From Chrysomallon squamiferum (Eukaryota > Animalia > Mollusca), in the NCBI GenBank assembly GCA_012295275.1, contig CM022670.1, positions 31,930,001 to 31,994,000 on the forward strand: a stretch of 64,000 bases of DNA, read 5' to 3'. Position numbers and translations under genes: made by a program. This document shows, one piece after another, positions 1 to 15,106 of the stretch. The stretch's first letter is position 1, and each line of letters starts with the position of its first letter. The notes beneath the pieces are model-generated. The model worked only from the letters and a program-made list of their open reading frames with translations, was not told the DNA's origin and ran no database searches.

Positions 1-3000
1 CATGTACATGTATATATTCAGCTTATATAAATAAAGTTTAAACATGATAAAGAATGAAAAAAAATTAACAAGTCAAAGAGGAGGCTAAGACAGTAATGTT
101 TTTGTTATCATGGTTTGCTGCCACCTGTGATATGTTTTTGTATGGTTGGGGAGGAAAAAGAAGAGTACATAAAGTTTAGTGTGTGTGTTCTTATTTACAC
201 CAAGCTCTTCTCCACTATGGGGTCAGTCAGAGGCTACAGCCTGGTAACAGTTCCCATTCAGCCAGTGCTGCCCCTGTTATCACAATATGGTGCAGGCCCT
301 GGCAGGAGCACATGTCAGATTTATGGGGTTGGTCTGTCATCTTCCCTCATTAGTGGGGGAAATGATAATTACAGCTATTGCTCTGATTGTAGTTTGTCAA
401 AACAATAGATGAAGCCAATATACCAGTAGTATCAGTGGTAGTTTTTGTTGAGTATGATAGGAAACCACTTTGTAACCATTCTGAACTAATATTCCAGTTC
501 CTGTAGAAATGTTTTATGCTAAGTCATCAATGATATATTGTACAATCATTAACAATTAGTTAAACACAAATGAAATATATCCTGAACAAACAGTAATTTT
601 TTTTATTAACTACAAGCTTTTTTCAAAAATCAGTAGCAAGATTTGTTTTTATTTTCCAATTAAATGGTGATCCAAGAATACTTGTGCCCTTGATGAATAT
701 AGCAAAACTTTGAAATGAAAAATGTGTTGTTATATAATGAAAACATTTTGAAACTTTACAGAATTTGTGTTTATTCCATACTATTTATATGTACCAATCA
801 AAAGAAAAGGATACATACAAACAGGTTTTATATCATAAAAGACTTAAAAAATGCTCATTTACAATTTTAAAATCATTTCAAAGTAGATCATTCACAATTA
901 ATAAATTTAATACCTCAACTTCATTAGTTTTTAAATAATATCACATTAATAATGAGATAAGTTTTTGAAACAGAGAACAATTTTTCAGTCAACCATATTC
1001 ACCTCTGGAAAGCTCACTGTACAATTAGACATGAAACATTGACTTCAAGTCAACTCTCTCAATTAATGATCAAACTATATCTTTATGTTTTCTGCCATTT
1101 TCTGCTGTTTTCTGCCAAGACATCAGAGATGTGACTACTAATGTAAGAGCAACATAATACATTTTTCAGAACTGGTGCCAGTATTTGGACAGAATTCAAA
1201 GGAATACAGCAAGCTCTGAAATTATCTTGTCCAACCAAACATGTAATCATTTTACATCAAAATGGGGCTACAATTACCATTTATTGTTGACAATATGCAT
1301 CTGCCAATCTAGCCACATTTTGGTTAACCACAAAAACGCAGCAGTTGCCATCATTGCTTTGGCAGTAGTTGTTGTTTATAACACTGTAGACTTGTGCAAG
1401 ATGTTGTAAAATGAAGAAATCATTACATGTAAATACGAAGAGTGTCAAAAAGCACACTGATTATACACCCAAATAATACTTCATTTTCTCCGCCCTCTGC
1501 AGGTTTTTGTTGCTGCATATTTCTACCATAATTTTTTCAACATCTGCAGACTATTACTTTGATATTTCAAACAATACAAAATGTCTCTTGACTTCCACTG
1601 CATAAATTATTTGCAATGGCACACATTGAGAAATGAAAGAACAACAGCTCAAGGCTCAGCTTACTTCAAAGTAAATATTTTTTCTACTTACAAAATTTAC
1701 TTTGTTCCATAAATATGAATGCATTTCTAAATATATGAAAGGAAGGAAAAATATCCTTTGACTAGAACAATTTGAAAAGAAAAAGAATGTTTGTTTTATA
1801 ATGACTCCAAACACGAAATCAGCAAACTATTAAATATCAGATGTATATCTACTTTGAAATATTTTCAACCTTTGACACATATCATTACACAAACTGCTCT
1901 TTATATTTAGATCTCAAAAATATTTTGTATATTTGTTCTTCTTTTTTTCTTTCTATTTTTTCTTCTTACAAACAGGACAACACATGCCAGAAACATTTAC
2001 TTTTATAAATTAATTTTTAATGGAAAAACATTTTGTTTACTAACTGCATTAGCAGTCATTTGCACCTTTAAAATTATTCACAATCTTATTAATACAAAAA
2101 TTGTTTATGTTCACTAGACAGTCTTGAAAAATAATACTGATATAAACATAGTTGTTTTTTTCCCTCCCTTTTTTTATTTTATAAGTTTTTTATTAACCTC
2201 TCCCTGGTTCAAAAATTCAACAAGCCCTGAAGATAATGCTATTACAAAAATACAGTAAGCTGAGAACTGTAGAGTAGGAAAGAGTAATTTTAAATACAGG
2301 TAAGAAGTACAGATGTACTGGTTTATTTCATGTATAAGGTGTGACCATACAGGTAACACAAACATCTGCACACTGGAGAATATATTTATTTTAAGGAAGT
2401 TGAGTGTAAACTAGCTAGTCATGTTTTACAAGACACTTGTTTTGTTTATATCTGTTTTATATACACAAGTTAATTATCAGGATCAAAATCCTTTATGCTA
2501 AGCCTTGAGGTGTTACATGTTAAAGTAGGTAATCATCTGCATTTTTAAAAGGAAAAAGATTAATCCAAATAAATATGTTGTTTTAAAAGATACTGCTCTG
2601 AGCTTAAAGTCTAGATTTTGTTTTTGCTGTATACAGAACTTAGATACAAATGTTCATTAGATGGAATACATTAGAACTTCTTATTTCAATAACAGCCTCT
2701 GGCAAAATCAGAAGTTCTGTCCATGAAAATGTATGAATATTACATTTATAGAAGAAAACTTATATTTACTTATATTTACATATTATCAGGATTATAATCT
2801 GATATCTGCATGAGATTCTAAGGTTTTCTATGTTTTAATGGAAAACATCAGCATGTTTTGTTACAAATAAAGGCAGATGCTACATCCACAAAAGGCATAA
2901 ATGAACATCATTTCTCTTACAGAAGTATAGCTATACTTAGTCATAATGAAGTATCAGTATTATAACCTGATATGCATTAGGCCTAAGTTTTTCTGTGTTT

Positions 3001-5995
3001 TTAACAATGAATGAAAATATGAAGTAAAAAAAAGGATGAAATATAAGTTGACCTGTGTTTGATGATGATCTATTCCTATCACATACACTGTGTTCTTTGA
3101 ATCAATAGTAATCAAGATTTTGTGGAAAATTATTAACATGATTCATCACATCAATCTTATCAACATGCTATACTCTACCTGTAGAGTATATCTTTCTCTA
3201 ATTTAATCTTAATTATTCAGGGCTAATCTGTTCAGTCATAAATGTGATTCTTTTGTCTTTTTTATTTTTATTTTTAATTTTCATTCTATTTATCTTTATG
3301 ATTAAAACCACTTTTTTTTTTTAATTCAATTTTTGATCCTATTATTTCATTTTCTGAAAATTTGTTTATGTTTATACCAAATATAAAAGTATTCTAAAAG
3401 CAGAAATGCAATCATATAAATAATATACATTTGGTTATAAATTTAAAGTCGAAAAACTGGAAGTAAGAAAAATTTTGTTTATGTTTGCCTTTAAATAGTA
3501 TATATCATTTAAACATGGCTGTTATTGAAATTACTAAGGCTGAAAGAATAATATGAGTGTGTGAGAGTGAGAAAGTGTACAGTTAAATACAGCACATGTT
3601 TGTATGTACATATGTATATCATCCACTATTGAGAACAACGTATCATGTATTATATACATGGTCTTTTCATGTAAGTATCACCAAGATGAATCATAACACA
3701 ATTTTAAGCCAATAAAAACAGATAACATCCACATAAAAAAGTCTCTTATACACCTTTTTACATTCAGATACTTTTTTATTGTTCTAGATTTTTATACTAA
3801 AATGTATCTGTATACAGATATTTTCAATTATCCATACACCAATTTACATACAAGTGTATCTAAAATGATGGTCATGTATTTAAATTAAAGCAACTGTTTT
3901 TAAGATGCAAACCATGCAGCATCTCTAATCAGACAAACACAAAAAAAGGCTGTTTGGACATTGCAGATCTGTGATAGACAAACCACTGGGATTATCACAT
4001 TAACACACAACAAAGTTTTTTGTTCTCTGACAGAAGATGAAACACAGATTCCAACACTTAGAATTCTGGAGAGCTTCAGGAATAGCACAAACTTATTTCA
4101 GTGCTGTTTAGAACAGTGAAATGGTTTTAGGGCAAGCTTAGTTTGTACAGAACTAAAAACAGGTTTATATTTAATTTTTACTAGACAAACATTCATTTTA
4201 AACTTGTATTTATTTACTTATTTATTTATTTATTTGAAAAAGACAACATATTGTGTTCTAAATTTATAAAATATATTTTTTTAAATACATGTTTTGAAGC
4301 ATAATGAATATAACAAATATAAAAAGGTAATAATAATAATAATAATAATAAAAGAACAAAAAACCCCCAAAATTCCTTATTTACAATTTTTCTCCATATC
4401 ATGGAAGATAAAGTGTTATACCTCTGGTACAGACAAAGAGAAAAAAGAGAAAAAAAAAAAACAAGAAAAAAATGTATTAAATGTTGGTTTCACTGTTCTC
4501 TTTTCAATATGTGCACTTATTGTTTATTTATAAAGCTACTGCATGCTCAGTTGCCTATATCTGAAGAATGCATTCAGCTGCTTCAAGGTCTTGATCAATA
4601 ATAATATTTATAAAACAAACAGATTGCTGAATACAACACAAACTCACAATGATTCTAACCATGGTAAAGAGTAACAAAGACAGATAGAAATAAAATATAT
4701 TTATTTTCTCACACTTGTTCTTACTGTTTTTATTTAAATTTTAATATGCATCACAGATGTCTACAGTATTCTTGTTACCATCAGTATTTTGACAGATCAT
4801 GCAAGTTTTACTTTATTATTAGTATAGGATTAGTAGTAGTATTAGAATTTATATATATATTTTTTTATTTTTCTTAATTATTTATTATTATTATTATTAT
4901 TATTTTATTTTTTTATTTTTTTAGTACTAGATCCATCCATGATATGGGCAGAATAAGCTCTGAACACCTCATACCTTTTAAAAATCAGCCTAATATCAAT
5001 GACTCCAAAAGGAAAAGGTATCATATATGCTTTATTTAACAAAAGTATTTTGTTTCACACATTGCTACAACTTAATTAGCAGTGTATATATGTAGGTACA
5101 ATGTGAATTTATTTTCCAATGGTTTTCATAACAAACACAAACACATCATGCAAATACCGCAATGAAAAGCCAGTTACATTTTTCATCAGAAAATGAACCA
5201 ACCTACTACAGAACTAGAAATCAGTTCATTGACATTTTGAATTACAGACTGTCACTGATGAACAATGACTTTTTTGTAACTCAGAATCCAGATAAATGTG
5301 TAAGATTTTCTTTGAAAACTGGTCTAAATAATGAAAACAAATCAAGTAACACTAGTTTTGAAAGTCAATCCAGTTGAGGCTTAGATGAAGCCTATCAGGA
5401 AACATTTCAATGGGAGCACTGGTAAATGAAGACAAATATTTTCTCTGTCATGTTTTCTTCCTTAACCCATGTACGTTTTCCTTTTGCTTGTTTTACAATG
5501 CTGTGCTTACAAACATCAGGGCAAAGTGACAGCCAAATTAAGCAAAGACAACACCAATACAACAAAACATAGCAATCATTTGTGAGATGAATACTCAACC
5601 TTAATAAGGACCAGTGAAAACAATTTGATGTAATTGACTAAGGTGTTCAAGTTTAAGTTTACCTTTAAGGTGAAAGTCCTTTACACCTATCTGACTAAGT
5701 TTATCAAATGGCTGTTGATGTAACCCATGTCTGTGGCTGTCTAAACAGTTGTGCCTGCATGGTTTACACCAGATAAAACCCTTTTATGAATAACTCTGAT
5801 TACAGACATCCTTCAGATCTGATTATCTTCGAAGACCCCTCTGACCCTCACTCCAGGAATCCTGTCAATTATCTCCCTCTACAACCATCTTCCGAACCCA
5901 GTGGGACTTGGCACAATCAGTGTGTGTGAAGGGAATATATCACTGTTCCAAAGATTACTGGATCCAAAATACATTGATTAAAATTAAACTGAGTT

Positions 5996-6037
<42 letters not shown>

Positions 6038-6072
6038 ACATGCATGCACACACACACACACACATTCACACA
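5996..6072. repeat. (CA)n microsatellite, interrupted
   Basis: Directly visible. Confidence 0.9.
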
Positions 6073-9000
6073 TATCTGAAAATATATTTTGCTTTATTTA
6101 TTTTGATAATGAAATTAAACTTGCCTGTTTCATATCATATCCTTAATTGGATTCTTACAATTTCTAGGATTTGTTTTGTTGATTTTTTGTTGATTTTTTT
6201 TTTATTTTTTTTTTTTTACTGATTTCTCCCTGGTTTTAATTGCTATCAGAATAACAGTTTTCTTCTTTGAATTATAATTTTTTTCTCCAAGATCATTAGT
6301 TTCTAATTATTATGATGTTCACAATTTCAAGATTGCTTGAAACCAATCACAATCAATGATGCCAAGATCCATTAAAAGTGAACAAAGCAAATATCCCAGA
6401 GTAAAAGTAATCATATCAAAATCAATATTTTCTAATTGTCAGGGTCTGAGTCTAGGGGTAGAGATCTTGCAATTAATTCCACTCTTCACACTAAAGGTTC
6501 TAGATGGGGCAGGTTTAGCTTATATTTTCAAATACCAATACTATGAATTGATCAAACTGTGATTCAAGAGCTGTTTTATCTGGGTTTTGTTTGGAGATGG
6601 AGTTTTGAAACTGACAAGCTGAACTTATCACTTAATAGTAAAGCTATTAACAAGATGATCATGAGCTACTTGTTCCCCATGGTGCCTGTTCTTTTCATAA
6701 TCTGCTAGTTCAATGTCCCCAGATGCTCTACTAGATGACCAATAACAAAAACTAACAAATATGGCTTTGGCTGCTTTAGAGCTGGGTGCCATGGTTACTT
6801 TTTGATCCTGGGATGTTTATATTGCACCCCCAAGAGGCTGTCCTTATTTTCCAAGTGTAATTAATTTACCAAGACAAACATTTTGCAAAGTAATCTATTT
6901 TACTGTTGGCTGGTGTCAGACTTGAACTTGTTATATTATTTGAAATATAACTAAGCTGGTTTGATGAAGTGTGACTTCCATTATTTTGTCTATTCCAGAG
7001 TTCTAACAATATCTTTTTTCCATTTGAAACAATCATCAACAGAAAAATGAAATGTGTTTTTCATTCCCATGCAGCAATTACTGGATGGCAGAATTACTGG
7101 CACATGTAATTATTTAAAAGGTAAATGCATCATGCTGATAATGAAAATTATTATTTTATTTAGATAAAAACATGTTCCAAAGATTGTGATCGATTGACTA
7201 TGCTGGTGAAATTAGAGTTCATCAGATGGCTATGCAGCTTGTATCTAACAGATGCTGTAAATGAAATACTGTTTCCACAGTCCAAGGCACTGATTCCAAC
7301 AACAACAGGCAAGGTTTGAAGTTAAAGTGAAAAGAGGGTAAATCTTGCAACAATATGTCTCTTTTTAACAAAATAAGATAAATAGGATTGGAAACTTAAA
7401 GGAAGAAATAGGGAATGGAAATGAAGATAACTCAGACTGGGAGATTAGGATGGGAATTGGGATGGAAAAGATCAGGGTAGAAAGGATGATGGGATTGGAA
7501 AGGAAGGAGTAAAGAAAGATGTGAAGAAAAAATTAATTGTTCAGAAGTGTTCAAAATTATAATAAGAAGTCATTAAACAAAGCACATTTTATAAAAAGTT
7601 ATGCAAATTGGTTTTATGTAAAAGAAACAGAAAAAAGTTTTTGTAAGTAAAAGCTAAAAAGAAGGGGAAAATAAAATTAAATGGACTTCTTTGATGAAAG
7701 TATGTGGTAAATGTAGTTCTGAAACATTCCCATTAGAGATACTGAAAATGAAAGAAGATACATGTATAAAGAAACAAAATACATTTCCATCAAAATAAAA
7801 TAAAATTAAACTTATTTGTTCTTTCATCCATGACAATTACAAACATTAAACTTAAAAACCTCAAATACCCAGTGAATTCCTCCTTCCATGACCTTTCTGT
7901 ATTTTTAACTAACACTTCCTGCCTCTGAACAGATCTCATAAAAGATCACCTAGTACACAATTTTGATTACTTCAAGGATCTTTTTATTTTTAATTTTTAA
8001 ATGAAGCCAACTGAAAATTTATATACCAAACAGCTGTCTTGAAAAATCCCAAAATGTCTCTAAAAAATAATATTCCTTTCCTCTCTTTTTCATCCAATAA
8101 CTGATGAAGTGAAAAGAGATAGCATATCAATCAACTGCACAACAACATGTTATGATGTTAAACAGCTTAAATTTAATGATATGATAATGACATCATCTGG
8201 CACACAGATCCACAGCAATAAAATCATTTAGCCTTTGAAAAGTGGCCATAATAATTGCAGTGTTTGCCAAACACACTGATAAAGCAATGGCCGGTTTCAA
8301 CTTCAAAGTGCTGGTCTTGTTGTGGAGTGGTCAACGAGCTGATTGCCCAGGCCATTATCTTGCCTGGTATGTACTTACACCAAATGATACCAAACATCCA
8401 CCTATACTTACTGACTGGCTGGTCACTTGAGGCCAGCCAGAAATGTAATGTGACAGGGACAGGTGTCATAATGAACTCCCCTGGTCAAAGTTAACTGGAG
8501 GTGAACATAATTAAACTGCAGTAACATTAAATTAGTTATCTTGTACAAATTATCACTGGACTTCCAATTATTTTCCTTTAGAAGTATGTAAAAAGTTTTA
8601 ATACAAGTCTGTGTGCTTTGTGGAACATATCACAGCAAAATTCCTAGGCATTTAATATACATCTGAAAAGCAATATTAAATAAACCTGTTTATATCAAAA
8701 AGTTACTTAAAAATAATTTTTAAAATGTTGTTAATCTCATATCAGGAACAATTTTTCATATTTTTGTTTAAAAAAGTAGGTTTTACTTATTTATGCCTTA
8801 TTTAATATTGTCAGACATGGCATAAATATATACACCAAAAACAAAAATAAATAAATAAATAAAAATATATATATACAGGATGAAAAAATATAAATAAATT
8901 ATTAGTGTTTAAGGAGAACTTATCAAACACCTATTTATAAATCAATTTAAAAGGATAATAAAATTAATTTGAATTTCCTTATTATAATTACTTTAATTTT

Positions 9001-11684
9001 TCAACTTTATTTCCTTGAGCTTAAAATGAGAATATATATATATTTTATAATGTAAGTAAGAAATGTCTGATGTGTGTGAACACCATTAGAGCTGAAATAA
9101 TATCAATTTCAAGCCTTTATAATTAGACTGTTAGCAAATAATTTTTCTGTATTTTTAATATAGGTAAATAATGTCAGATGTATATGAAAACCATTGGTTG
9201 AAATATTTCTCAATTTCAAGCCATTATAATTACAAATAACAGAAGTGTCACAAGAATACTGTGACAGCAAGAAAATTGTGTTCTGAAGTGACAAATATGT
9301 CAGAAGAAAAACACAGACAGAAACTAATCTTAGTCATATTTCCTTCCCTTCAGTACTGTGACCAGTTTCCAAAGTGTGGTGCACTCCCAGTACATGATTA
9401 AAAACAAGCAGATATCCATACTCCTGGGAAAGTACTGATTAACATAGCAGTAGACTTATATACTTACATTTCCTGGCATGTGTAATACAAGATCACTATT
9501 CCAAACATGGTATAGAGTAAACCAATTTTCTCCCATCCCTGTAGAACCATCCTTTTTTAAATAATAATAATAATAATATGATAAAGTATTGGTCAGTGAT
9601 AATTTAGGCAGCAGTTTAATGAGTGACAATGAATTAAGTTAAATAGAAGAAAAGAAATACTCAGTGGAATAATCAACTATGTAGTATTATTAAAAAAATT
9701 ATAAACAAATAAAAATACTGTAATAATTCTTCCTTTAGCTTAATGAATGGCTGTCAAGGTTAACAAATGAGGAGAAATGCTTCTTTCTTTCAAAGGGTCA
9801 GCTTTAATTAAAAGTGTCAAAATGTTATTCACATCTTTTGAGATCAGTATATCAGTGGTAAATATCATAAATTATAAGTTTTGTTCTTTTATATTTTCCA
9901 CAAACTGTCATATTATTACGATGACAAAGTAGATTTTTTTTTTTGTAATTGTTTATTTTCTTTCTTTTGTATAAGTATTGCAATGGTTCATGTTATCATA
10001 CTAAGATGAGATAGTAAATTTTAAAGGTGTTCTTATTATCTGCTGAAATATATCATTGACAGGAACTTTCATGGTAGAATTATGAAAAGTAGAAATTTTT
10101 TTTTTTATCCTTACTATATAATACACATATTAAAGATTAAAATTAAATAATATGTAATACTATCCAGTTCTCTGAGTCATAACCATTTTCTTTGATATTT
10201 TTTATATTTTATCTTCAAAATCTTTAGATATAATCTGAGCAAAAAGAGTTATGCTGAAAATTTGTTTAGAAAATCTGAATATACTAAAATGAACTGACCT
10301 AGATGAAACACCATCCCTTCATAAGACATCTGGATAAGTAATCAATACCAGTTTTCACTCATTTTTTTATTACTGTCAATTTTTTAAAATAATTTACAGA
10401 CTTTGCTTTGAACAGCTGTTCATATAGATGGATGACATGAGCAACAACCTTCAAACAGAAATTTTATTCCAGTTATCATATCAAACCTTGTAACCAGTTC
10501 TGCAATGCCAAGCCTGCATATTGCAGTCACGTTCAAAAACCCATAGAGGTGAAAATATGACCTGTTATCTTCCAATAAACATACTGATTCACTTTTCACA
10601 TAGAAAAAATGAATCTAGGAAAAGGTCTATGTTCTGTAGATATTTGAATAAAATTGGAAATATGAAAATATATATGTTATATGACTCCAAAGTCGAGACT
10701 GATTTTTTCCCCCATAAATGTAAATGTTAATACTTTTTAACCTTTTCTTTTAAATTTGAAAATTAACAATTAATAATAAATACAAAATAAGTATAAAAAA
10801 ATACAGGCTTCAGTTAATGACAAGACCAGCACATACCATAGTGTTATATAAACAACAATGATATATATTAGTTAGCTGAAAGCTATATCATCAGCTTTTA
10901 AGTAACACCTTTCGCTTGTAAGTAATCCTTCTGCCTGCCTATTTTTATTTGATTATTTAAATCACATTGCAGTAACAAATATAATGGCAAACAAACTGAC
11001 GTGGACCATGAAATGGCCAAGCAATGGTTAGAGAAATGCTGCCTAAGGAACTGAAGTAACATCAAAAGGAAGACTGATTGAAACCCTTATCTGAGACAAG
11101 CTTTGGCAAATCTCTCCTGTAATCTGGGATTAACTAATTAATATTATGACTATAAGCTTTGCTGATTATTTGGAAACAGCTTTATGACAAAATTCATTTT
11201 GTCTATTTTTCTGTAACCTAGCAAAGAAAAGGTGGCTGACCTAGGTGGGGGAATAAATGAAGTGATTAAAATCTCAGAATTGTTAATAGCACCATGATGA
11301 AAAATGTTCTTAAGATTAGAAAACAGAAAAGTGAAAAGAAAAGAAATAGTTGAACAATCAGTATCCACTGGTGGATTAATCTGTTTTCATAATTTCAAAT
11401 TTTATTTTTTTACATCAAGATCTAGCTGAGCTAGATAAAATTAGTAACATGAATACAGAGGTACAGTGATTATTTGGTCTTGGTATTAAAACAGATATAT
11501 CTAATGTTACTAATTATCTATAGATATATTACTTATTAATACAGGTAGATAAGTACTGTTTTATAAAATTAATGAAATTATTACAGACACAGTATGAAAA
11601 TGCAGTTTCTAAATTATGAATTTCATCACCTGTTTGGTTTATTTCTGTATTTGGTAAAGTCTTTTTTTTTATATAAACATTTCA

Positions 11685-11995
11685 TTATTTTTCTATATAC
11701 AGGACCAATATAGAACACCTGCTCCTTATAGACAGGATCAAGGTACAAAACTTTATTCCTAGAAAGAGGACATTCCTATAATATAATTCATTCATTCCTA
11801 TAAATAGGAACTATACATAATATTCATTCCAGCAGACATGACCACTAGCTTATTCTTATAAATATGACCAATATGTAATATTTCATTTTTATAAATAGGA
11901 CCAATATAAATGACATCATTCCTTCAGACATGTCCAGTATACAACACCTCATGTATATAACCAGAACTGACACCCAAGACACTATTCCTAATAAA
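11685..11995. repeat. Old degenerate minisatellite, ~33-bp period (approx. attcctataaataggaccaatatacaacacctc)
   Basis: aggacca/atgacca-like anchors near 11701, 11734, 11767, 11806, 11838, 11864, 11897 and 11930. Confidence 0.7.
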
Positions 11996-14849
11996 TATAT
12001 CACAACATTTAGTTTATTTTTATTTTTCAAAGAGATAATACAACATTGACTTTTTTTTTTACTTTAGAAAGCATAAATAATAAAATTTGTAGAAATGTTA
12101 ACAACACCTCTCTCTCACTTCTCTTTCTTTCTTTTTTTTTCTTTTTTTGTCATCAATACTGCACTCTCCATGTCAGCACTCTGTAATGGGATGAACTTAA
12201 AAGTATAGTTTTTCTGTTTTACTTGTCCATCTTCCTTTTCCAATTAGCACAAAAGGTACCTTGCTTTCAACCTGACACCACTGTTTGGATGAGACTGCAC
12301 AGATTTTACAAGCATCTCTGACAGCACTGGAGCATTCTTAAATTATTTTTCAAGATTTAAAAAAAATATATAAAAATAAATTCAAAAAAAAAGATAGTGT
12401 CTATTTCCTTCTGAACTTTCAGTTACAAGTTCACTGCAGGAAATATGATATTAAATACAAAGAAATAAAGATTAACAACATATCACTTTTTTTCTTCAAG
12501 TGTTCTTTGTAAAGGAACAAAAAGCTCTGAATGAAATCTAATAATCTTTTGTAAAAGCATTTATTTTAAAGAATAAAAATGTCCACAGTGAGTTATAAAT
12601 TATAGGAGATTTCATCATCATCTTCATATATTTTTTGATTTTTATTATTATAAAGAAGTAGATCCCTAAAATAACTTCCACATATGCCTGTAATTAAATG
12701 ATATTTTGTTTTTATATTTTTACCCCTTTTTTCCCTTTTTTCTTTTTTCTTCTCTTTATCCACTGATGATATGATAAGAACCATAAATGTGTCTTAAACA
12801 TCTTCAGGCTTAAAGAAAAAAATGGCACTTTGTTTCCTGTATTTAAATCCAAATGTCCGGATTGTCGCGTGGCACATCCTTTGCAAAACCAGACAGATCT
12901 AGCAGACAACTAATTAACGTGTTGTTTTTTATATAATAAACGTTTGTGGAAAAACATTCTAATGTAATTTACTTGTATGAACTGACTTATGTGTGTTTAT
13001 TAAAGAAGCTGCAAACTGGTTCACAAAGATAAGACCTGTCATTTTCAATTAGGGTAAATTCAAGCCAGCATTTGTCTTTGAAGAAAAACTGAAAACTTAA
13101 ATTATAACTTTTGTTTGTATTAAAAACATCTGTTCAGGCTTATCTGAAAAAAGGATCTACATTTTTAAACATCTATATTAATGAGGTTTACAGTTAAAAC
13201 AAATTCAACTGTTCAACTCAGTGTATTGTGCGAATAACTGAAGATTTCAAAGTTCAAAAAGACAAATTTCTTGCAGTTTTACAAAGCAAGGCATTTAAGA
13301 ATAAGTGTGGCTGGATAGATCATAAATCTTGCAACAGAAATGTTTATTTATTTTATTTATTTTTTTAAGAGCATAGAAGAAATCACAAAGTATTTGTCAT
13401 TCACATACTTATTGGAAAAAACAAAGACAAAATTAATGCACAGTTTCTTTTGGTGTGGCACACGATATGCTACATGATATGGATTAACCTGTACTGATGG
13501 TCACAATGACCAACGTTTTATCATGCTCATTTATAGCTAGAAAAAATATATAAAGAAAAATTTATAAAAATGTTTAAAATTATAAAACTCTTTTTAACAT
13601 ATTTTTGGCCAATTCATATTTAAATAAATATGAGTATTTTCCTTTATTACTATTATACTGAAAAAGATGTTTAGTTTTATTGTATTGGCTTTCCTAACAT
13701 GATTAATAGAAATGTGAAAAAATTAAATAGAAACATGTAGAATATCAATCACGTTATCATGTCCAGAAATGTCGTGATTTTTCATTAATAGTTGTCACAC
13801 TGTGTCAACAAATTAATGATGAGATTGCAATTAATTAATACAAATTTCTATCAATTAATATAACACACACACATACACGTTTGTGTTTATATAGATACAG
13901 ATATATAATTATAAATATAAAATGATGTACTTTTTTAAATCATAGAGTATAAAAACATCATCTACTTTCTTTAGTTTCACTGAGTTACTCTGACAATAAA
14001 TTTAATTTCCATAACTTTCTTTTTACCTAAAACACCCACAAATTAATATAACTGCAGAATTAAAAAAAAAAATTTTTATTATTTAATTATTAAAGAAGAA
14101 TTTTAAAAATATCTAATAAATATTATGCTCCTTGCATTCAGAAATATTTGCCTCAAGCATTAAGTAATCTATAGACACATAACAAACATAATTAAAATTC
14201 CAACATGGCTTTTATGATGTATTCTTTTCATGTTTAAATTCATTTAATATTTATTTGCTTCCTTTTCTATACATTAATCAGTTATCATTGAAAAAAAAAA
14301 TAACGTGAAAATAATTTTTTTAATATTTTGAAATGATTCATGAATGTGAATAAACTTTTAACAATTCAATCAATTTTAATTAATAACCATTTTCAATTTG
14401 CCTGAGGTAATAAAAATATTTTAGTAAATATAACATGTAATATTGTAGAATATTAAAACAGTTTATTCATTCATATGAAATTGTGCTTTTTCTCTTTTAC
14501 TTTCTTTTTGCTTTTTAAAGGAATCTCAAAGAATTAGCAGACAAAAAGAAAAAAAAGAACATTTTTTTTTAATATGTTTTTCGTAAACTTGTGCTACCAC
14601 ATTATGTATCAAATCCTTTATCTCGTACCTTATCATTATTATTATTATACTGTTATTATTATTAACAAAAGAATATTTCTAGAATATTACTATATTTTGA
14701 TTTGAAGATTTCTAAGACTTGTGACTAATACCAAACACTAAAGTCAATTAAAAGTTCTTCACTATTAATTAATTTGATTTTTCAGCGGCACAGTGTATGT
14801 AAAATAACATTTAGTTTCCTTATATTTCTTCTTTTTTTGTTTGCTGCAG

Positions 14850-15106
14850 CGCCAGCTGGTAGCCTGTATTCTCTGGAGAACAGAAGAGAAAAGACCAGAG
14901 CTAGTAATTGGAGATACAAGTTCCAACTTGCACTTCCTGTACAAACATATATTACCTACAAGGCTGATAAGAACAAGAACATCTGCCTCAAACATCTTGT
15001 CCTCTTTCCCTGAGATTTTGCACCCCCTTGATGTGACATGTGACATGGATTTCAACCAATCAGAGTTATGGACACATCCATCAGCCAATAAAACAAAAGA
15101 GGAAAG
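14850..15106 (+). other. Candidate spliced exon (possible antisense/nested transcript), product unknown
   Basis: Long polypyrimidine tract tttcttctttttttgtttgctgcag| before 14850 and AAG|gtaatg at 15106/15107. One frame is open throughout (RQLVACILWRTEEK...NKTKEE) and GC is higher than the flanks. No recognisable protein motif. Confidence 0.25.

Noticed and set aside
7380-7530. Purine-rich tract with several GGG runs (G-quadruplex/triplex)
   Set aside because: Loops are long and irregular. It is most simply low-complexity sequence.
10680-10715. Minus-strand DFG triplet (KISLDFGVI) as a possible next kinase exon
   Set aside because: Followed immediately by a stop, with no preceding DLKxEN and no splice sites.
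12593-12670. Minus-strand ttttag|G GAT CTA start matching the expected phase-2 (R)DL of the next kinase exon
   Set aside because: Continues as DLLLYNNKNQK... to a stop, and lacks the catalytic-loop K and N and the DFG motif.
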